This document shows, piece after piece, positions 19,878-30,604 of a stretch of DNA of 64,000 bases. Numbering within the stretch: the stretch's first letter is position 1; each line of letters starts with the position of its first letter. Location: positions 8,384,001 through 8,448,000 of the forward strand of contig OZ244999.1 of the NCBI GenBank assembly GCA_965223265.1, read 5' to 3'. The position numbers and the translations under genes were made by a program. The notes below the pieces were generated by a model, which saw only the letters and a program-made list of their open reading frames with translations, was not told the DNA's origin and searched no databases. This stretch comes from Planctomycetota bacterium (GTDB lineage Bacteria; Planctomycetota; UBA8108; SXIK01).

Positions 19878-20055
19878 CGATTCAAACTCCGGCGAGATGC
19901 CTCATTCTATCGGTCGGGTAACCTCTGTCAAGGAACCCGGCCGATCGGTGCGATTCATCGAGGCGTTTGTTTTTGCCTTTCCAGAGGAATCAGCGACGAT
20001 GCGACGCGTTGATCTAAAAACTCGCTTCGACAAGTTGGAATGTGGAGATCGAATC

Positions 20056-20955
20056 ATGAAGATCGTCGTTTCGGGTTCAACCGGACTCGTTGGCGAACCA
20101 CTGTGCGCACGACTGCGAGAGCACGGCCACGGGGTGCGGCGACTCGTGCGCCGTGCGGCGCAGGCCGCGGATGAAATCGCATGGAATCCAGCGGCCGGTG
20201 AACTGGACCGAGCGTCGCTCGAGGGGGCGGAGGCGGTTGTCCATCTTGGCGGCGAAAACATTGCGGCGCGGCGCTGGACCCCAGCGCAGAAAGAGAAGAT
20301 CCGTGCCAGTCGTGTCGATTCGACGGCGCTCCTCAGCCGCGAGATCGCAGCGCTGGCGGCTCCTCCGCGTGTCTTCGTCGTCGCCTCTGCGATCGGCGTT
20401 TACGGCGATCGCGGCGAGAGCGTGCTCACGGAAGAGAGCGAGGCCGGCGAAGGCTTTCTCGCCGAGGTGTGTTCGGCATGGGAGTCCGCGGCGGCGCCGG
20501 CCGCGGAGGCCGGGGTGCGTGTTGTCCACTTGCGCTATGGCGTCATCTTGAGTCCGCGCGGCGGCGCGCTGCGCAAGATGCTGACGCCGTTCAAGCTCGG
20601 CGTCGGCGGGGTGCTTGGCAGTGGCAAGCAGTACATGAGTTGGATCACTCTCGACGATGCCGTGCGCGCGACCGCCCACGCGGTCGAGTGCGGCACGCTG
20701 AGCGGCGCCGTCAACTGCGTCGCCCCGAACGCCGTCACCAACGCCGAGTTCACGCGTGCAATGGCGGCGGTGCTTCACCGCCCTGCGGTTTTGCCGATGC
20801 CGGGATTCGCGGCCCGCCTAGCGTTCGGCGAGATGGCGGACGAGCTTCTCCTCGCCAGTACGCGCGTGCAGCCCACAAAGCTCGCTGCATCCGGTTTTGC
20901 GTTTCTTCACGCCGAGCTGCAGTCGGCGCTGGGTTATCTTTTGCGGTCGAAGTAG
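20056..20955 (+). CDS. TIGR01777 family (YfcH-like) NAD-dependent epimerase/oxidoreductase
   Basis: MKIVVSGSTGLVG after a GGAG RBS; HLGGENIAARRWT, SRVDST, SAIGVYG, GSGKQYMSWI, LLASTRV. The ORF-track start 19462 is overextended. Confidence 0.9.
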   Translation: MKIVVSGSTGLVGEPLCARLREHGHGVRRLVRRAAQAADEIAWNPAAGELDRASLEGAEAVVHLGGENIAARRWTPAQKEKIRASRVDSTALLSREIAALAAPPRVFVVASAIGVYGDRGESVLTEESEAGEGFLAEVCSAWESAAAPAAEAGVRVVHLRYGVILSPRGGALRKMLTPFKLGVGGVLGSGKQYMSWITLDDAVRATAHAVECGTLSGAVNCVAPNAVTNAEFTRAMAAVLHRPAVLPMPGFAARLAFGEMADELLLASTRVQPTKLAASGFAFLHAELQSALGYLLRSK

Positions 20956-21169
20956 CGCCGCCGCGTTACCGACCCTAAGATGGTGGCGACGACCCTTTGG
21001 CGTGAGGCAGGATTCGCAACGCTGCAGTTGATTTGTTCGGTCGTGGAAGTGCGCCCCGCAGCTTCGATGCCCACGTGTTCGATGCCGACATGTTCGATGT
21101 CGCCGTGAACGTCTCTGCCGATCCGCCGTTGGCAGAGCTCTGCAGCGAGCTTTTCGAGGTCTCGAAACC

Positions 21170-24100
21170 ATGAACGCGATTCGCGCCGATCGTCACCGTG
21201 CGTCTTGCTTCTCCTCCCTTACGCTCCTCGTCAGTGTCGCCGCGTTCGTCTTTTGCTGCATAGCCAAAGCAGAGGATTCTTCGGCTGACTACGCTGATCT
21301 CATGCGGCGCGCGGAGACCCTCTACGCCGAGGGCTCCTACGCTCGAGCGCGCGACCTGTACCTCGAGACGGCGGGTGCGTTCGAGCTTGCGGGCGCGGCA
21401 CGGCGCTGGGTGGAGTTTCGCGTCCTGGATTGCCAGTGGCGCTCGCTCGCAGGCACCGAACGTCGCGACACGACGCGAAGCGAACATCCCCGCTCAGAGC
21501 TCGCCGTCCTCGCCGGCGCGGCAAAGCGTACAGAGGACCGCGATCGGATCTGGGCGGAGATTCAGGAGTCTCTCGGCGATTACCACCGCCAGCCCCAGTT
21601 GCACGATTGGCAACAGGCATGGGGCCACTACGCTAAGGCCCTCGAGTGGTGGGCGGGTTCGTCAGACCTCGACGCGGCGCGTCAGCGTTATCTCAAGATC
21701 GTGTTCGATGCGGCGTCAGACGATGGGTATCGTTTCGAGGCCGACAAGAAGGCGCGAAGCGAGCTGCTTGCTGCACTCGAGAATGCCGCGCAGATTGCCG
21801 TGACGCCGGCGGAACGTGCCACCGCGCGCTTTCGTCTGGCCACCGTCTTGAAGTCCGAGGAAGAAGACTCTGACGAGGAGGAAGACGTTGAAGATGGCAG
21901 ATGGGCTCAGGCTGAAGAGGCTGACGACCGCTTTCAGAGAATCCGCCGCGTGGCTCGGGAATTCGAAGCAGTGCTCGCCGAGAAATTCGCCAGCGAGTGG
22001 TACGACGACGCGCTCTTTTTGTACGCCGAGTGGCTGAGCGATCAGGGCGACGTTGTCCGAGACGACGAGGGCTCGTGGAGCATTGTGCCAAATCACAAGA
22101 AGGCCTTGTCACTGCTTCGACGGCTTCGTGCTGAGTACGACAAGGGCGAGACGCGATTCTACTATCGAGCCCGAAACCTGATTGAACGAATCGCGAAACC
22201 GTCGCTTTCGGTTTCCGTGGCGAGCTTTTTCTTGCCCGACTCCGAGATTCAGTATCACGTCAGATCGCGCAATCTCGACGCCATCTCGTTCGCGCTTTAC
22301 AGCGTCGATCTGACCGCTGATGTGCCGGCCCACTCGCAGCAGGGTTATTGGCTGAGTCGTATTGAGCTTGCCCGGCGTCAGGCGGTCGCTGAATGGAGTG
22401 AGACCACCGGCGATCAAGGCGATCATAGAGTCCTTCGCCTCTCCTTTCGGCTCAAGACGAAATTGAAACCGGGTGCCTACGTTCTCGAGGCCACTGCAGG
22501 CGGGATTCAGGGACGCGAGTTGTTGCTGGTGTCCGATGCCAGTCTCGTTGTTAAGACATCGCCGAGCGGCGTGCTCGCCTACTTCTGCGACGTGATCACA
22601 GGAGCGCCGATCGCGGGCGCCAAGGTGACGCTGCTCGCGGCGCACCCCAAGACGCCAAGGATTTGGGAATCGAGCGCTCGTGCGACGAACAGTGACGGCA
22701 TCGCGACCTTTGCGGTCACGTCGACGCCGCGCAGGTACCGTTTCTTTGCGGCTCGTCACGGCTCTCGCCAGGCTTTTGTCCGGCTTCACGACTCGGAGCT
22801 CGGCGCGCTACCAGCGCGCTGGAAGATCTACGCCTACGCCGATCGCCCCGCGTACCGGCCCGGGGAGACGGTCGAGTGGAAGATGATCGCCCGTCTTGAG
22901 AAGGACGGCCAGCTATCGACCCCCAGCGGCAAGGAAGTCGCCTACGAAATCAGAGGTCCGAGCGGCAATCAGATCTTCGCGGGTTCGTGCAAGTTGAACA
23001 GCTTTGGGAGCTACTGGGACCGGCTCGAGCTCACCGAGCCGATGCAACTCGGTGAGTATCGCATCATGTTTCGCGACGGGAGAAACAAACGACGGCGGTT
23101 CGGTGGCGCGACGCTGTTTCGTCTCGAGGAGTACAAACTCCCGGAGTTCAAGGTCGCCGTCACGACGCCGGAGGAGAACGGCCGGCGAAAAGTCTTTCAG
23201 CTCGGCGACGAGATCGACGTGAAGGTCGCGGCGGACTACTACTTTGGCGGCCCGGTGGCCGGAGCGGACGTTGAAGTGGTCATCTACCAGCGTCCACTCG
23301 AGACTTCGTGGCAACCACAGCGGGAATTTGACTGGTACTACGCTCCGGCACCACGGTGGCGCGACTGGGGCGGGACCGCCAACGCTATCGAACGCCGGCG
23401 CATGAAGACCGACGCGACCGGGCGCGCGGTCGTCAAGTTCCGGACGCGGCGAAGCGGCGATCACGATTTCGAGTATCAGTTGGAGGCCCGCGTCGTTGAC
23501 GCGTCGCGCCGAGAGATCATTGGGAGTACCTCACTGCGCGTTGCCCGGCATCCCTATAGCGTCCACCTTCGGCCCGAGCATTCGCTCTACCGCCCGCAGG
23601 ATAAGGTGTCTGTCGTGATCGCGACGCGCGCCGCGGAAGGCAGCGCGGTTTCGGCCTCCGGCCGGCTCCGTGTGATGCGCGAGGGCAACGTGACACGAGA
23701 GAACAACGGCGAGTCCAGGGGAGACCGCAAGGAACGCTCGCCGTCCGGGGCGCATGGCACGGAGTCGCGTGCACTTGGTGTCGTGCCGCGCCAGGTCATT
23801 TTGGAAACAAGTGTGACGACCGACGCCAGCGGCGAAGCGACCGTCACCTTCGTTGCACCGCGGGACGGGTATTACCGCATCGCGTGGCGGAGCTTTGACG
23901 ATCGTTCTGGACCCATTGAGAGTGAGGCGACGGTCTGGGTCGCAACCGAGTCGACGCGGAACCTCGGCCACCGCGCCGGCGGAGTGAACATCGTTCTCGA
24001 CGCGGATTCCTATCGCACCGGAGACACCGTGCCCGTCATCCTGAGCGTCGAGCGACCGAACAGTTACGTCCTCTTTCGCGTCGAAGCCGATGACCTCTAC

Positions 24101-26977
24101 GATTACGAGCTTCTCCACGTCTCCGGGAACGTTAAGCTCATCGAGGTTTCGATCGAAGCGAACCACGTTCCGGAGGTGACGCTTTCGGCGCTAGCGGTCT
24201 GGGAGCACGCGCTCTTCAGCGACGAAGAGCGCGTCCGGGTGCCACCGCGAGAGAATTTTCTCACCGTCGACGTCACGTCCGATCGTGAGGAGTACGAGCC
24301 GCGCCAGCATGGCCGATTGAAGGTGACGACGCGCGACCATGAAGGGCGACCGACGTCCGCTGAGGTGTCTCTTGCCCTCTTCGATGCGTCGATCCTTTAC
24401 GTGCAGCGGGACTACGCCGTTGACCCGAGGCGATTTTTCGTTCCCAGCAGGCGATGGGTCCGCGGCACGATGCGATCGAGTTTTGGTGAACTTTCTTACG
24501 TACAACTTGCTCTCGACGATCTGCGGGCCCGCGCCGAGGAGTGGCGGCAAGAACGGTGGGATGTGTTCCATGAGTCGGACGCCGAGGGCATGGAGACTAC
24601 TCAGTTGGCCGCAGTGGGGGAAGGCGACGCGGTCGAAGTACGTACCGATTTTCGCTCGACGATTGCCTGGCACCCGGCGATCGTCACCGACGCGAATGGC
24701 GAGGCGACCATCGACGTCTCATTCCCCGATGCGCTGACGTCGTGGCGAGCGTCGGCACGCGCTGCGACCGACGGCAATCGCTTCGGAGTCGCCGAGACGA
24801 CGACGCGCACGAGCTTGCCGTTGATCGTGCGGTTGCAAGCACCGCGTTTCTTCGTCGTCGGCGACAAGGTCGTCCTGTCGGCGGTGATCAACAACAACAC
24901 CGACGCGCCGCTCGACGCCACAGCTGCGATCGAGGCGGACGGACTCGAGATTCTCGGTCGCTACGCTGCGGACGAGGTCACGAGCGCCGAGCGAACTGCG
25001 AGGATTGCCGTACCCGCCGGCGGGGAAGCGCGAGCCGATTGGCTCGCGCACGTCACCGAGCCGGGGACTGTACGCGTGCGCGTGCTCGCACGCAGCGACG
25101 GCAACGCCGATGCCATGGAGAAAACGTACACTGCGTATGAGCACGGCATCGAGAAGTCGATCGCCCAGTGCGGAAAGATCCGCGGCGATGACGTGACGCT
25201 CCGGTTTCAGTTGCCCCAGCACCGCCAAGGTTCGTCGCGGCTGGATGTCCAGGTGACGCCGAGCTTGGCAGTGGCGATGCTCGATGCGTTGCCGTATCTG
25301 ATCGACTATCCCTACGGCTGCATCGAACAGACGATGAGCCGTTTCTTGCCTGCCGTGATCACGCTGCGCACGCTGAAGGGGTTGGGGCTCGATCCGATGG
25401 ACACGGCCGCAAGAGCGTTCGGTGGCATTGGGGAGGAATTTCGAGACAAGACGCACGGCGGCGACAAGCAGTACCTCGGTCGTCTCGACGAAATCCTTCA
25501 GCTAGGTCTCGACCGTGTGTACGCTTCCCAAAGTGGCGACGGCGGCTGGGCCTGGTGGCCAGGGGGAAGAAGTGATCCTTTCATGACCGCCTACGTCGTC
25601 TGGGGGCTGTCACTGTCGGCTGAGGCCGATCTTGACGTGCGGGCTGAGGTTTTGGACGCGGCGCTTAAGTTCCTCGACCAAGCGGTCGTAGAAGCCGAGT
25701 CGAGTCCTGACCTTGCCGCGTGGATCCTGCACGCACTCGCGCGCGAGGGTCGGCGGCGCCAGCGCGGTGAGATCGGGCGATTTCAGAAGCGCGCGTTCCG
25801 TGTTTTGTGGTCGCAGCGCGATCAATTGAACGCGTACACCCGCGCCTTGTTCGCGCTGGCGGCGAAGGATTACAACCTTGAAGGTAGGGCACGCGCTCTC
25901 GCGCGTTCGCTGACCAACGGTGTTCAACGCGATGCGACGCCTGGCACATCGGTGCTGGGTTCCGCCGGTCAGGTATCTTCGCACAGCGCCTTCGAAACGG
26001 CACACTGGGGTGACGCCGACGGCTACGGGACTTGGTCGAACGGTGGCGTTGAGGCCACGGCCTTTGCGCTTCGCGCCTTGCTTGCGATTGATCCCGGGAG
26101 CGAGCTCATTGAGCCGGCGTCGAACTGGCTCCTGCAGAACCGCCGCGGCGCGCACTGGTCGAACACTCGCGACACCGCGATCGTTGTCCTGGCGATGAAC
26201 GATTACCTGCAGCGCAGCGGCGAGCTCGAGACGGAGCTTGAGTACGAGATTCAAGTGAACGGCCGCGCGATTGCCCGCCGCACGGTGTCCCCGGCCAACG
26301 TGTTACGTGCCCCCAGCGTCTTCGCGGTGGACCCCGAGCTCCTCCGCCCACGCGACAACGTCGTCAAGATCGTGCGCCGGAGAGGCCGCGGCCCGCTCTA
26401 CTTCTCGATGACGGCTCGCTTCTTCTCGCTTGAAGAGCCGATCGAGCCAGCGGGAAACGGGATCTTCGTGCGGCGCGGGTACTATCGCATCGTCTCACGC
26501 CCGACTCTCTTGAAGGGACACGCTGACGACAGAGTGGAGCTGGGCGACGGCGAAACCGTCTCTAGTGGCGAGCGCGTCGAAGTCGTGCTCACGATCGAGG
26601 CGAAGAACCGCTCTGAGTATCTTGTTTTCGAGGACCTGAAACCGGCAGGATTCGAGACCGTCAGGGTGCGTAGCGGCGCGTCGCTCCGCGCCCGCGAGCT
26701 GAGTGTCCGCGGCGTCGAGGTGCTCGAGCGGCGTGTCGCTCCCAGCGCGAGTGACTACACTGGCCGCACGCGGCGGGTGCACCAGGAGCTAAGGGATCGC
26801 AAAGTAGCGTTCTTCATCGACCAACTCGAGGGCGGAGTGTGGGAGCTCAGATACGAGCTGCGCGCCGAGGTGCCAGGTGAGTTTCATGCACTCGGTGTGC
26901 TCGGCCATGCGATGTATGTGCCGGAGATTCGATGCAACAGCGCCGAGGTGCGCGTTGGCGTCGTAGATTCGGAGTGA
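21170..26977 (+). CDS. Alpha-2-macroglobulin family protein, secreted
   Basis: Signal peptide; TPR-like N-terminus; DRPAYRPGETV (MG2), EEYKLPEF, VRTDFRST..W, PDALTSW, PRFFVVGD; intact thioester YPYGCIEQ; GGWAWW, WSNTRDT, AMYVPE. Confidence 0.92.
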   Translation: MNAIRADRHRASCFSSLTLLVSVAAFVFCCIAKAEDSSADYADLMRRAETLYAEGSYARARDLYLETAGAFELAGAARRWVEFRVLDCQWRSLAGTERRDTTRSEHPRSELAVLAGAAKRTEDRDRIWAEIQESLGDYHRQPQLHDWQQAWGHYAKALEWWAGSSDLDAARQRYLKIVFDAASDDGYRFEADKKARSELLAALENAAQIAVTPAERATARFRLATVLKSEEEDSDEEEDVEDGRWAQAEEADDRFQRIRRVAREFEAVLAEKFASEWYDDALFLYAEWLSDQGDVVRDDEGSWSIVPNHKKALSLLRRLRAEYDKGETRFYYRARNLIERIAKPSLSVSVASFFLPDSEIQYHVRSRNLDAISFALYSVDLTADVPAHSQQGYWLSRIELARRQAVAEWSETTGDQGDHRVLRLSFRLKTKLKPGAYVLEATAGGIQGRELLLVSDASLVVKTSPSGVLAYFCDVITGAPIAGAKVTLLAAHPKTPRIWESSARATNSDGIATFAVTSTPRRYRFFAARHGSRQAFVRLHDSELGALPARWKIYAYADRPAYRPGETVEWKMIARLEKDGQLSTPSGKEVAYEIRGPSGNQIFAGSCKLNSFGSYWDRLELTEPMQLGEYRIMFRDGRNKRRRFGGATLFRLEEYKLPEFKVAVTTPEENGRRKVFQLGDEIDVKVAADYYFGGPVAGADVEVVIYQRPLETSWQPQREFDWYYAPAPRWRDWGGTANAIERRRMKTDATGRAVVKFRTRRSGDHDFEYQLEARVVDASRREIIGSTSLRVARHPYSVHLRPEHSLYRPQDKVSVVIATRAAEGSAVSASGRLRVMREGNVTRENNGESRGDRKERSPSGAHGTESRALGVVPRQVILETSVTTDASGEATVTFVAPRDGYYRIAWRSFDDRSGPIESEATVWVATESTRNLGHRAGGVNIVLDADSYRTGDTVPVILSVERPNSYVLFRVEADDLYDYELLHVSGNVKLIEVSIEANHVPEVTLSALAVWEHALFSDEERVRVPPRENFLTVDVTSDREEYEPRQHGRLKVTTRDHEGRPTSAEVSLALFDASILYVQRDYAVDPRRFFVPSRRWVRGTMRSSFGELSYVQLALDDLRARAEEWRQERWDVFHESDAEGMETTQLAAVGEGDAVEVRTDFRSTIAWHPAIVTDANGEATIDVSFPDALTSWRASARAATDGNRFGVAETTTRTSLPLIVRLQAPRFFVVGDKVVLSAVINNNTDAPLDATAAIEADGLEILGRYAADEVTSAERTARIAVPAGGEARADWLAHVTEPGTVRVRVLARSDGNADAMEKTYTAYEHGIEKSIAQCGKIRGDDVTLRFQLPQHRQGSSRLDVQVTPSLAVAMLDALPYLIDYPYGCIEQTMSRFLPAVITLRTLKGLGLDPMDTAARAFGGIGEEFRDKTHGGDKQYLGRLDEILQLGLDRVYASQSGDGGWAWWPGGRSDPFMTAYVVWGLSLSAEADLDVRAEVLDAALKFLDQAVVEAESSPDLAAWILHALAREGRRRQRGEIGRFQKRAFRVLWSQRDQLNAYTRALFALAAKDYNLEGRARALARSLTNGVQRDATPGTSVLGSAGQVSSHSAFETAHWGDADGYGTWSNGGVEATAFALRALLAIDPGSELIEPASNWLLQNRRGAHWSNTRDTAIVVLAMNDYLQRSGELETELEYEIQVNGRAIARRTVSPANVLRAPSVFAVDPELLRPRDNVVKIVRRRGRGPLYFSMTARFFSLEEPIEPAGNGIFVRRGYYRIVSRPTLLKGHADDRVELGDGETVSSGERVEVVLTIEAKNRSEYLVFEDLKPAGFETVRVRSGASLRARELSVRGVEVLERRVAPSASDYTGRTRRVHQELRDRKVAFFIDQLEGGVWELRYELRAEVPGEFHALGVLGHAMYVPEIRCNSAEVRVGVVDSE

Positions 26978-27020
26978 CCACGCAATCCGGAATGAGTAGG
27001 TGCCGTGCTGGCCCGCGCGA

Positions 27021-27686
27021 TCACAAAGGCCGGCGGAGGCGGCGCCAGCGGTACCAGTAGAGAAAGAACACACCCGGGCCGAAGGCGCAGAGCATGACCG
27101 AAAGCCCTGTCGCCAGGCCTGCGAAGGTCAGAACCCCGGCGCAGCAGTAGTCGCGCGAGCGCGCGACGATGTGCGTCGGCACGGCGACTAGGAGTTCGAG
27201 GATGCTGCCGCAGAATAGGTAGCGACACTGCCGCGCGACGAAGTGGCGCGGCCTCTCGGGCGAACGAGCGCCGAAGAAGAAGACGCAGGCCCAAACGATC
27301 CAGGTGAGAAAAAAGATGTTCACCGCCGCGATCCAACCGGCGTCCCGGGTCTTCTCCTGGACTTGGAATTCGTAGAGCGAGAGGAAACCGCCGGCGGCGA
27401 GGAGGCCAATGAGAAAACCGGTCGTGACGATGGGCCACAGGAGTGAAAGTCGACTCACTGGGCGACGGCTCGCGACCTTCACCGGCACCACCAGAAGCAG
27501 TACCTGACTGAGGACCAAGACCCCGAACGGCCCCCAATAGCCAACCGTAGCGTAGACGACGAACACGTCGCCAAGATTGCCGATGCTCCCCATCTCATCG
27601 AGGAAGCCGATCGCGATCACCGGCACCGTCAGGAGAACGAGAAGCAGGCCGTAGAGGCCGACGACGATCACCGCCCAGTGCAACAT
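27021..27686 (-). CDS. Uncharacterised multi-pass membrane protein
   Basis: About 6 hydrophobic helices; C-terminal GSILELLVAVPTHIVARSRDYCCAG..FGPG. Start uncertain (27686 or 27746). Confidence 0.7.
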   Translation of the reverse strand: MLHWAVIVVGLYGLLLVLLTVPVIAIGFLDEMGSIGNLGDVFVVYATVGYWGPFGVLVLSQVLLLVVPVKVASRRPVSRLSLLWPIVTTGFLIGLLAAGGFLSLYEFQVQEKTRDAGWIAAVNIFFLTWIVWACVFFFGARSPERPRHFVARQCRYLFCGSILELLVAVPTHIVARSRDYCCAGVLTFAGLATGLSVMLCAFGPGVFFLYWYRWRRLRRPL

Positions 27687-27856
27687 TGGCGCATTCCCCG
27701 TTGTCGCTTCCTTCCGAGATGAAGCCGCTACCGCATCATACGTCATCGGGTATGCAAGTGAAGCGGGCTCGTTCACAAAACAGCCCATGCCGTGCCGCGG
27801 ACTTTTGACATGCTTTCGCTTACCGTCCTGCCTGTTGAATACCGTATGATCCACTT

Positions 27857-29773
27857 ATGAAACTCATGAAAGATTCGACCGCCACGACGGCGCTCCTCAC
27901 GCTTAGCCTCGTGGTTTGGACTTCCCACGTTGCATTCTTGGCGGCTGACGACCAAGCCCTCGAAGTCGCCCCGGGCCACAACCTCCTGACGGAGAGCGAC
28001 GCCGGTGAGCGCGCAGTGCACGTCGGCACCGCCGTCAGGCCGATCACGTTCCGCGACATCGCCGGGAGCGGTTATCGACTCGAAGAGCTGACAGAGCGGG
28101 GCCCGGTCGTCTTCGCCTTTGTCTCCAGCTCTTGCCCGCTCGCGGGGCGCTACATCGAGCGTCTGAAGCGCCTACACGCAGAGTTTTCGCCACGCGGCGT
28201 GTCGTTTTTCAGCGTCCACTCGAGCGCTGAAGAGACGGAAGCGACCGTCGGCAGTTTCGCAGCTGCCGCAAACTTCCCATTTCCCACGGTGCGCGACCCT
28301 GAGGCGTTCATCGCCCTACGCCTCGGTGCTACGATGACACCGCAGGTATTCGTTGTCGATCGCGAGCGCGTCCTTCGCTATCGCGGTGCGATTGACGATC
28401 ACCGCTACGAGACGCGCGTCAAGAAGCGCTTCTTGGCGTCAGCACTGCGCGCCGTCGTTCGAGGCGACAAGATCGAGCCGGCGTCGACACAGACGATGGG
28501 CTGCACGCTGCATTTGCCGAAGCCGGGCGGCACCGGAGAGATTACTTACACGCAGCACATCGCAGCGATCCTGCAAGCTCACTGCCAAGACTGCCATCGA
28601 CCTGGTGAGGTCGCCCCCTTCGCGCTTTTGAGCTACGACGACGCCGAGCGCTGGTCGAAGGAAATCAAAGCCTACACCGCGGCGCGCGTCATGCCGCCAT
28701 GGAAGGCGGCGCCGGGCTTCGGAACTTTTCGTCACGATCGTAGCTTGGCGCAGCGTGAGATCGATCTGATCGCGGCGTGGGTCGATGGCGGTACGCCGCG
28801 TGGTGAACCGCAGCACCTGCCGCCGCCGCGTGAGTTTCCTGAGGGCTGGGCCCTGGGTGAGCCGGATTTGGTGATCGAGATGGCCGCGGAGTACCGTGTG
28901 GCGCCGGAGGGCGAAGACGACTACCGCCACTTCGTCATTCCGACGCAGTTCAGCGAGCACAAGTTCATTCGCGCCGTCGATGTGCAGCCAGGTAACCGCA
29001 AAACGGTACACCATGTGATCGCCTACGTCGACACGAGCGGCGTGGCGCGGGAGCTCGACGCCGCGGATGAGGGGCCCGGTTACTCTCGTTTTGGTGACGT
29101 CGGCTTCGAGGTCGCGTCGGTTCTGGGCGGCTGGGCGCCCGGAGATCGCCCGTTTGTTTACCCACCGGGCACTGGTCGCTGGCTGCCGAAGGGCGGCGAC
29201 GTCGTCCTCCAAGTGCACTACTATCGCACCGGTGTTTGGGAGGCTGATCGGACGCGGATGGCACTCTACTTCACCGAAGAACCGGATCCGATCCCCGTGC
29301 GCTGGGGCGTCGCGATCAATCAGGAATTCGAGATCCCACCGGGCGCTGAGCGTCACGAAGTGAAGGCACGATGGCGCGTGCGCAAACCGATTTATGCCCT
29401 CGCAGTCTACCCGCACATGCACCTCCTCGGACGTGAAATGAGGGTGACAGCCCAGCTTCCCAACCAGAGCTCACGGCCGCTCGTCTGGATCAAGGACTGG
29501 GATTTCAATTGGCAGGGAGACTATTTTTTCGACGACTTGATCTACCTGCCGGAAGGTACTGTCGTGGAGGCCGTCGCCTACTACGACAATTCGCAAGGGA
29601 ATCCGAACAATCCTACGACCCCGCCGCGCGCTGTCGGCTGGGGTGAGAAAACGACGGACGAAATGTGCATCGCGTTCGTTTCGTACCTTGATGCCCGCCA
29701 GTACGAGCGTAAGCAAGCGCAGAGACAGCGCCAGGAAGACGACAGAACCTCGGCGCGCTCTTCGAGCCAGTAG
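27857..29773 (+). CDS. Redoxin + cytochrome c + copper type II ascorbate-dependent monooxygenase-like protein
   Basis: Thioredoxin fold (SSCP, TPQVFVVD, YRGAIDD, GC); heme motif CQDCH with MPPW; Cu-ligand motifs VHH, PHMH, EMC. Confidence 0.85.
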   Translation: MKLMKDSTATTALLTLSLVVWTSHVAFLAADDQALEVAPGHNLLTESDAGERAVHVGTAVRPITFRDIAGSGYRLEELTERGPVVFAFVSSSCPLAGRYIERLKRLHAEFSPRGVSFFSVHSSAEETEATVGSFAAAANFPFPTVRDPEAFIALRLGATMTPQVFVVDRERVLRYRGAIDDHRYETRVKKRFLASALRAVVRGDKIEPASTQTMGCTLHLPKPGGTGEITYTQHIAAILQAHCQDCHRPGEVAPFALLSYDDAERWSKEIKAYTAARVMPPWKAAPGFGTFRHDRSLAQREIDLIAAWVDGGTPRGEPQHLPPPREFPEGWALGEPDLVIEMAAEYRVAPEGEDDYRHFVIPTQFSEHKFIRAVDVQPGNRKTVHHVIAYVDTSGVARELDAADEGPGYSRFGDVGFEVASVLGGWAPGDRPFVYPPGTGRWLPKGGDVVLQVHYYRTGVWEADRTRMALYFTEEPDPIPVRWGVAINQEFEIPPGAERHEVKARWRVRKPIYALAVYPHMHLLGREMRVTAQLPNQSSRPLVWIKDWDFNWQGDYFFDDLIYLPEGTVVEAVAYYDNSQGNPNNPTTPPRAVGWGEKTTDEMCIAFVSYLDARQYERKQAQRQRQEDDRTSARSSSQ

Positions 29774-29833
29774 GCGCGTTCGCCCCGGTGCTCACACGCC
29801 GTCGTCGCGTCGCCACGGGTTGAGTCGAAGGAA

Positions 29834-30604
29834 ATGGATCGAAAGCGTGGCCGTCGCGTAGCAGTGGTGTTGGCTCTTGGCGCTCTGATCGCAGCTGCAG
29901 CGTCATGGATGGCGCTTCCAGGACGTTTTCTAGAATGGTACTACCGGGACGACTTGTTTGCTGCGATCCGCGCGCGGGACCCGGCAGCTGTTCGGAGCCT
30001 CTTGGCTCAAGGCGCCAGTGTGGATCTCCCCGACGCGCGTGGTCGTACACCGGTGTTCGTCGCCTCGGAGCTCCTGGCTGATGATGTTGTCCTCGCGCTC
30101 GTCGAGGCGGGCGGAAACGTCGATAGCGTCGATGCGGCGGACACGCCTGCTTTGGTGGCGGGGTGCCGTCGCCTACACCGCAGCGCAGCGATCCAGCGCA
30201 GCTCTCTTCGTAGCCGCGCCAAGAAGACCGTGACCCGATTGCTGCGCAGTGGAGCGAATCCAAACGCGTGCGACGCGCAAGGCGTCACAGCACTCATGCT
30301 GGCGGCATCCATCGGCTACGCTAGCATAGTTTCTGACCTGCTCGAAGCCGACGCCGACGTGGACTTCAGGGACGAGCGCGGTCGAACCGCACTCCACTGG
30401 GCTGTCGAGGCCGGTTGGCCCCACGTCGTGCAGGTCCTTCTCATTCATCACGCCGACCGCACCGCGGCCGATGACGAAGGTCGTACGGCACTCGATCGCA
30501 TTGGCGCCATCGGCGACGTCGACAAGCGACAGCGTGTGCGCGATCTGCTCGAGAGTTGGTCGCCACCAAAGCGGCGCCTGCCACCGGGAAGAGGGGCGAG
30601 ATGA
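29834..30604 (+). CDS. Ankyrin repeat protein with N-terminal membrane anchor/signal
   Basis: GRTPVFVA, GVTALMLAA, GRTALHWA, GANPN, ADVD repeats. Confidence 0.88.
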   Translation: MDRKRGRRVAVVLALGALIAAAASWMALPGRFLEWYYRDDLFAAIRARDPAAVRSLLAQGASVDLPDARGRTPVFVASELLADDVVLALVEAGGNVDSVDAADTPALVAGCRRLHRSAAIQRSSLRSRAKKTVTRLLRSGANPNACDAQGVTALMLAASIGYASIVSDLLEADADVDFRDERGRTALHWAVEAGWPHVVQVLLIHHADRTAADDEGRTALDRIGAIGDVDKRQRVRDLLESWSPPKRRLPPGRGAR

